This document shows positions 58,922 through 64,000 of a stretch of DNA of 64,000 nt, one piece after another. The DNA comes from a virus (Duplodnaviria; Caudoviricetes): the IMG/VR virus record IMGVR_UViG_3300025867_000008, positions 1 to 64,000 of that record. One strand, given 5' to 3'. The notes below the pieces were generated by a model that worked only from the letters and a program-made list of their open reading frames with translations, was not told the DNA's origin and made no database searches. Every line of letters starts with the position of its first letter. The stretch's first letter is position 1. The translations under genes were made by a program, and so were the position numbers.

Positions 58922-59719
58922 TTATATAACGTAGGCCGTTATATTTTTATCATTCTCATTAATTACTTTATATCCCATTCTTATGAATAATTCTTTATAT
59001 ATTCTTATTCTCTTTGGATCGGAATTGATTTGAATTTTATCAAATTCTTCTTGATGTTTATCTAAAATAATTTTTAAAGTAGGGAAAATTCTATTCATTT
59101 CGAAATTGCCGATGTCATCATGACACCCTCTTCCACTAACAAAAAATCCAATGTTCAAGGTTCTTTCTTTGAATGATAATCTGACTACATAATAAAAATT
59201 TTTATCTGTTTTAAATCTATATTCATAGACTTTATCGAAATGTAAGCGTTTTTCAATTTCAAAAGGTCCTTCAATGTTATATGGATTGGAATCGAATAAT
59301 TCTCTAATTAATTCCAAATCATAATCTATAAAATCTCCTTCTTTAATATTATTTACATCACAAAAACCAGCATTTACCTCAACGACGTATTTAGCTGGTT
59401 TTTTTGATATAATACTTTTGATGTTCATAGGCTTAGCTTCTCTAATATCTACAATTTGATATTTGCTATTAACATAAATAATATCAAGTGGAATATAAGT
59501 ATTTTTCATCCAGAAAGATAGAATTTGATCGCTATCAAATTCAAAAAACATTCCAGCATCATCTGGAAGATCTTTTCTGAACATCAATCCTTTAGCGTTG
59601 GTTTCTGCTAATTCTATATTTATTTTTATATTATTTCTTTTAGTAAAAAATGTAAGTTCACCGTCTTTTTTGAATATTGTTTTTTGTTCAAAGACTGCGT
59701 ATTTCATTAAAATTTCCAT
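58922..59719 (-). CDS. DUF192-domain protein fused to a second module
   Basis: KGLMFR..GMFF..FWMKNTYIPLDII..YVVEVNAG; then IRELFD module. Confidence 0.8.
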   Translation of the reverse strand: MEILMKYAVFEQKTIFKKDGELTFFTKRNNIKINIELAETNAKGLMFRKDLPDDAGMFFEFDSDQILSFWMKNTYIPLDIIYVNSKYQIVDIREAKPMNIKSIISKKPAKYVVEVNAGFCDVNNIKEGDFIDYDLELIRELFDSNPYNIEGPFEIEKRLHFDKVYEYRFKTDKNFYYVVRLSFKERTLNIGFFVSGRGCHDDIGNFEMNRIFPTLKIILDKHQEEFDKIQINSDPKRIRIYKELFIRMGYKVINENDKNITAYVI

Positions 59720-60744
59720 TATTGTTGAAGCAGAGGAGTTATTTTTTCAATTATTTTATCATATTCGCTATTTTTTAATTTGACAACTCTCTTTCCTATT
59801 GACATTTTTGGATATAAATTTAAAGGAATATTTTTTATCAACATTCTTTTTGTGTTAGTGGATATTATTAACTCAATCGGTTCTTCCCATTGCTCTTCCC
59901 CTAAAGGATCATGTGGATTATTTTCATCGTCCATATTTATATTTATGTAATAAAAAGGACCATAGTCTCTTTCACTGTCTTTTTTTCTATAATCCATCAA
60001 ATAAAATTCAACATCTGTAGCTTCAATGATATTGGGCAGTCCTCTAAAATTATTTATTAATCTTACCTGAATGTCAGCGTTTTTTGCTTTTTTAAGAAAC
60101 ATTGTGAACAATTTTTTTGTTATAATACCTCTACTGAAAAATATGGTAATAAAAATTAAACATATCCCAGCGCTTATTAAAGTAAAAAATTGTTCATTTA
60201 GATGGTCGGATTCAAATAAATCATTTTTTAAGGTTTCTTTCTTATTTCTTAGATCTATTATAGCTTGTTTCTTTTGTTCTATTTCTCTTCTTTTACGCTC
60301 TCTTTCAGCTATTCTTTTTTCTGCTTTATCGTCTCTTTTTCTTTGAGCCAATCTTCTTTTTCTTTCTCTTTCTCTTCTTTTTTCTGGATTTTTGAACATG
60401 GATAATAAAAATAATTTTTGAGCGTACGGCACTTTCATTTTCATATCATTAACATAAAGATCTATTTTAATTTTCTTTTTCCATGCTATCATATAAATAT
60501 TAAAGATTTTAGGTGGGCCTCCAATTTCTTCTTCCCCATATGGATCATCTTTAGAAAATACTTGCTTTATTTTACGGAGTCTATATCTATATGTATTTCT
60601 CCATCCGAGATCTTCACTATCTAAATCTTGAAAAACAAAATTAGTTCTTAGTTCATTTATTATTCTAGTAACTATTTTTATATCAAGAATAGAATATTCC
60701 TCATTTATACTTTCAAAATTATCATAGGAATTCAAATATTCCAT
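59719..60744 (-). CDS. Two-module hypothetical (CTS-like leader, DPYGEEEI, internal LNE plus TM, DPLGEEQW)
   Basis: MEYLNSYDNFESINE; DLFESDHLNE-QFFTLISAGICLIFI. Confidence 0.75.
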   Translation of the reverse strand: MEYLNSYDNFESINEEYSILDIKIVTRIINELRTNFVFQDLDSEDLGWRNTYRYRLRKIKQVFSKDDPYGEEEIGGPPKIFNIYMIAWKKKIKIDLYVNDMKMKVPYAQKLFLLSMFKNPEKRRERERKRRLAQRKRDDKAEKRIAERERKRREIEQKKQAIIDLRNKKETLKNDLFESDHLNEQFFTLISAGICLIFITIFFSRGIITKKLFTMFLKKAKNADIQVRLINNFRGLPNIIEATDVEFYLMDYRKKDSERDYGPFYYININMDDENNPHDPLGEEQWEEPIELIISTNTKRMLIKNIPLNLYPKMSIGKRVVKLKNSEYDKIIEKITPLLQQ

Positions 60745-60775
60745 TATAAAATTTATTTTCTACTATATATAAAAA

Positions 60776-61042
60776 TTAAATTTCGAATTTTTCGAATAAT
60801 TCTTTAACAGGAGGAAGCGCTTTAAATATTTTTTCTAAAAGATCATTTAAATGTTCATACTCATAAATTGTCTTTACTTTCAATATATCTAATAGTTTAT
60901 CTTCAACAGTGAGGACATAGTTGCAGCCCCTATTAAACCAAAAGATCATTTGATATATTGTATCTTCTACATTTATAGATAATAAGATAGCCACGCCATC
61001 TTTAACTTTTCCGATATAATCTACAACAGATATACTGACCAT
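60776..61042 (-). CDS. Hypothetical protein
   Basis: 88-aa ORF. Confidence 0.65.
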   Translation of the reverse strand: MVSISVVDYIGKVKDGVAILLSINVEDTIYQMIFWFNRGCNYVLTVEDKLLDILKVKTIYEYEHLNDLLEKIFKALPPVKELFEKFEI

Positions 61043-61100
61043 TTATGAGTTTGCTTTTTTAATATATATAAGAAAATTAAAGTTCGTTTTTTTTCTAACT

Positions 61101-61790
61101 ATGAAAACATTTGAGCAATTTAATGATCTGAGTAAAGAACAAGAAATTAAAAAAAGAATTTATGAAGTAATAAATTATTGTAAATTGAACGGATGGACAA
61201 AAAGTATCGAGAATAAGATAACAGAACAAATGCCTTTCAGTAAAAATGATTGTCAAAATTTTCTAAATGCTAATTCACCTAATCTTTATGATAAATTGGG
61301 GGATTGGAAAAAGGATACAGAATTAAGAGTATCTAATGGTGTAAAAGAATACGAACCAGCTGCAACTAAGTTTTTAGATTACTATTTTTTAAAAATAATA
61401 AAAGAAGCTTTTGGTGATAATAAAAAATTAAAATTATGTGATCTCGGTTGTGGAATTGGAAATGTAATATATTTTTCAGAAAAACTATGTTACGATTCTA
61501 TGGGAGTTGAAAAACTAGATATTTTTAAAGAAATTTATAAAAAATATAACTTAAATGTAATAGTCGGTGATTTACTGGAAATAGATCTATCATTTCTAAA
61601 TGATATTGATGTTGTTTATATGTATAGGCCTATATCGGATATCGATAAATTAAATTATTTAGTTGACAAAGTATCTAATAATATGAAAAGTAATAGCATT
61701 TTATACTTCAATTTTGCTCCAGGAGTTAAATTCCAAAAATTTGAATTAATGGTTGATTTTTGGTCGTCAAAGATACTAGTTAAAAAATAA
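61101..61790 (+). CDS. Class I SAM-dependent methyltransferase, CTS-like leader
   Basis: MKTFEQF; CDLGCGIG, GVE, VGD, VYMYRP. Confidence 0.75.
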   Translation: MKTFEQFNDLSKEQEIKKRIYEVINYCKLNGWTKSIENKITEQMPFSKNDCQNFLNANSPNLYDKLGDWKKDTELRVSNGVKEYEPAATKFLDYYFLKIIKEAFGDNKKLKLCDLGCGIGNVIYFSEKLCYDSMGVEKLDIFKEIYKKYNLNVIVGDLLEIDLSFLNDIDVVYMYRPISDIDKLNYLVDKVSNNMKSNSILYFNFAPGVKFQKFELMVDFWSSKILVKK

Positions 61791-61799
61791 AAAATAAAA

Positions 61800-62168
61800 A
61801 TGGTCTTAGATTTTAAAGATTTGTATATAAAATATGATGGACATCCAAGATTTCACACGGATAGAATTGTAGAAGATGATGTTGTTGAAGTGATTGTTCA
61901 GAAGTTAGAAATGGTTCTATTTACCGTAAAAGGATCTCTTTACGGCGAGCCTAATTTTGGAAGTAATCTCGAGTATTATCTATGGGAAACTAAGGTCCCT
62001 TCTTCTGATATAAGAAGTAATATTGCTAAACAAATAGACACTTATGTTCCAGAGTTAAACGAAATTGGATATACTCTATCTGTTGATTTATATGAAGGAT
62101 CATACAGAGATATTTTATATTTAAATTTTATTATAAAAGGCTATAATTATCAAATGTTATTAAAATGA
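61800..62168 (+). CDS. Baseplate wedge gp25/GPW-like protein
   Basis: QKLEMVLFTVKGSLYGEPNFGSNLEYYLWE..QIDTYVPE. Confidence 0.75.
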   Translation: MVLDFKDLYIKYDGHPRFHTDRIVEDDVVEVIVQKLEMVLFTVKGSLYGEPNFGSNLEYYLWETKVPSSDIRSNIAKQIDTYVPELNEIGYTLSVDLYEGSYRDILYLNFIIKGYNYQMLLK

Positions 62169-62650
62169 TGAACAACGTCAAAACATATGAAGAATTTAAT
62201 GAGGCTATTATTATAAATAAGCCTGATGATAATATCCCAGTTGTGGTTAATAAAGAATATTTTACAACGGATGAAATTAAAATGCTGGAGAATAATGAAG
62301 GATTTGAATTTGATCACATAACCAAACAAAAAGCTGTAAGTATAGCTGGAAAATATAGATTATCAATTTATAAAGTAAAAGAGGGATTCTATATTTATAG
62401 AATAAGAAACATGGAAAAAATTAATAATCCAATAATATTTGATGAAGTAGCTAATAATATTATAGATTGTTTAAATGGTCTTGATAATTTTTTATGGGAA
62501 CAAAGTAAAAAAGAAAAAGAAGAATTAGACAAAAAGAAAAAACTAACTTATGAGGAAGATGAAACTACTACAAAGAAAGAAAAACCTCCAGTATTCAGTG
62601 GTTATCCCTTTAGTGGAAAAGGAAGTTTAATAGAAAAAAAAAATATATAA
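62165..62650 (+). CDS. Hypothetical, CTS-like leader
   Basis: MNNVKTYEEFNE. Confidence 0.75.
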   Translation: MMNNVKTYEEFNEAIIINKPDDNIPVVVNKEYFTTDEIKMLENNEGFEFDHITKQKAVSIAGKYRLSIYKVKEGFYIYRIRNMEKINNPIIFDEVANNIIDCLNGLDNFLWEQSKKEKEELDKKKKLTYEEDETTTKKEKPPVFSGYPFSGKGSLIEKKNI

Positions 62651-62652
62651 AC

Positions 62653-62961
62653 ATGAAAAATTTAAAAAACAGAGACAAATTTTTATTCGAACAGAATAAC
62701 GATCCTTTCAACGAAGAAAGAGAAGATGAGAATGATGTTACACAAGATGATGTAGCATGGGTTAGTGCTGATTGGAAAGATACAGAAGAACTTATAGATG
62801 GTTTTAGAGAAGCCCTAGAAAAATTTGGGCTTCATATGTATGAAGATCCAGATTTTGATGACACTGACTCTTATGGATTTATAATATCCAAAACAGAGCT
62901 TTCTGACAATCAAATAGAAGCTTTATCCAGAGCGCACAATCAAGATTTTTTTGAAGATTGA
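62653..62961 (+). CDS. Acidic hypothetical, CTS-like leader plus DPFNEE variant
   Basis: MKNLKNRDKFLFE-QNNDPFNEE. Confidence 0.7.
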   Translation: MKNLKNRDKFLFEQNNDPFNEEREDENDVTQDDVAWVSADWKDTEELIDGFREALEKFGLHMYEDPDFDDTDSYGFIISKTELSDNQIEALSRAHNQDFFED

Positions 62962-62989
62962 TAACATCATAATTTATTTAAACATTTCT

Positions 62990-63023
62990 AGTTGGTTATC
63001 ATATATTATAATGATAACCAACT
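62990..63023. repeat. 13-bp inverted repeat around a promoter-like TATATTATA
   Basis: AGTTGGTTATCAT-atattata-ATGATAACCAACT then a T run. Confidence 0.8.
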
Positions 63024-63032
63024 TTTTTATTC

Positions 63033-63428
63033 ATGGCGGATTTTATAGAGATAGTAAATAGAATATTTATTAATAAGAAAGCATATAAAGAAATATCAGA
63101 TAAAGATAAAATAGACGCTTTCTTTAAGATAAATAGTAAATTTGGAAAACAATTTCCCGAAACAGCTCAACAATTCAATCACAAATCAATAGATAAAGCG
63201 TCGGCCATTGACATGTGGTTTGATTTTTTTAAAAACGATCACAGAATTCCAGATTGGTATTGGGATCCAAAAGATAGAATTAAAAAAACAAAGGCTACAA
63301 AAAAGAGCAATTATGAAATTATAAAACAACGCGAGGAACTAAAAGATTATGAATTGGATTATCTAGAGAAATATTATGAAGATGATTTAAAAAAAGAAAT
63401 GAAAAAAGTTAATAAATTTGAGCAATGA
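63033..63428 (+). CDS. Hypothetical protein
   Basis: 131-aa ORF. Confidence 0.7.
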   Translation: MADFIEIVNRIFINKKAYKEISDKDKIDAFFKINSKFGKQFPETAQQFNHKSIDKASAIDMWFDFFKNDHRIPDWYWDPKDRIKKTKATKKSNYEIIKQREELKDYELDYLEKYYEDDLKKEMKKVNKFEQ

Positions 63429-64000
63429 TGAATATAGAAGATAAAATCTATGTAGCCGGACATAAAGGTCTTGTAGGCTCAGAAATATGTAAAAAACTAA
63501 AAATGCTCGGTTATCAAAATATAATTACAGCCACTCATAAAGAATTAGATTTGACTAGACAAGATTCTGTTGAACATTTTTTTGAAATGATGAAACCAGA
63601 TTACGTATTCCTCGCAGCAGCAAAAGTTGGTGGTATATACGCTAATTCTACATTTGCTGCAGATTTTACATATGAGAATTTAATGGTTGAATGCAATGTA
63701 ATAAAAGCGTGCCACGATTATGGAGTGAAAAAATTATTATTTTTAGGATCTAGTTGTATTTATCCAAGAAATTGCCCACAACCAATAAAAGAGGAATATT
63801 TTTTAACAAGTCCTCTCGAGAAAACAAATGAAGGATATGCCATAGCTAAAATAGCTGGCATAATAATGTGTCAAAAATTCAATTTTCAATATGGAACAAA
63901 TTTCATATCGGTAATGCCAACAAATCTTTATGGAAGTGCCGAACATGATAATTATGATCCAAAAACGTCTCATGTCTTGCCTGGTATGATATACAAATTT
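63425..64000 (+). CDS. fcl: GDP-L-fucose synthase (partial, runs off the window; absent from the ORF track)
   Basis: [68 protein letters not shown]. Confidence 0.95.
   Translation, partial: MMNIEDKIYVAGHKGLVGSEICKKLKMLGYQNIITATHKELDLTRQDSVEHFFEMMKPDYVFLAAAKVGGIYANSTFAADFTYENLMVECNVIKACHDYGVKKLLFLGSSCIYPRNCPQPIKEEYFLTSPLEKTNEGYAIAKIAGIIMCQKFNFQYGTNFISVMPTNLYGSAEHDNYDPKTSHVLPGMIYKF

Noticed and set aside
3191-60624. Many short antisense or nested ORFs in the track (for example 3191..3529, 6917..7537, 8540..8722, 19293..19613, 39721..40215, 47212..47700)
   Set aside because: They are shadows of longer, better-supported genes and have atypical composition.
821-62724. DPYGEExW copies as a CRISPR array, DNA repeat or mobile element
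   Set aside because: Copies are in-frame, irregularly spaced and differ at synonymous positions, with no palindromes or target duplications.
1-64000. Alternative genetic code (TAG or TGA recoding)
   Set aside because: Long conserved genes are uninterrupted in code 11, and TGA and TAG end genes normally. The single in-frame TGA at 49958 lies in an already frameshifted gene.

Overview
A very AT-rich, densely coding segment of a large lytic tailed (jumbo/mega-type) phage genome, read in the standard code 11. The host is probably a Bacteroidota: there are no Shine-Dalgarno motifs, leaders are A-rich, the tmRNA tag starts with Gly, and DnaK ends in DVEYEEVK. Recognisable genes include a tape-measure-like protein, a gp25-like baseplate protein, an amidase, dUTPase, DHFR, a PurA-like synthetase, DnaK, a DinG-like helicase, the C-terminal half of a split family-B DNA polymerase, two homing-type endonucleases, NADAR, SLOG, TPM, an M28 peptidase, a KamA-family radical SAM enzyme, GDP-fucose synthase (partial) and a tmRNA. 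The most striking unexplained signal is a peptide 'grammar' shared by dozens of unrelated small ORFs. (i) About 40 proteins start with a leader resembling the T4 capsid-targeting sequence (MKxLKxF/YxxF(I/L)NE). (ii) 15 ORFs carry 19 copies of a position-independent motif, DPYGEExW. (iii) Several ORFs look like polyproteins of modules joined at xxE/S or LNE sites resembling prohead-protease cuts. (iv) Further shared modules recur (IKWYxxGK, GIPSG, SCM/ARALIW/MDRIY). Together these suggest a large tagged arsenal of capsid-packaged, injected proteins with a second, undescribed docking motif. All family assignments are by eye from motifs; no searches were run.
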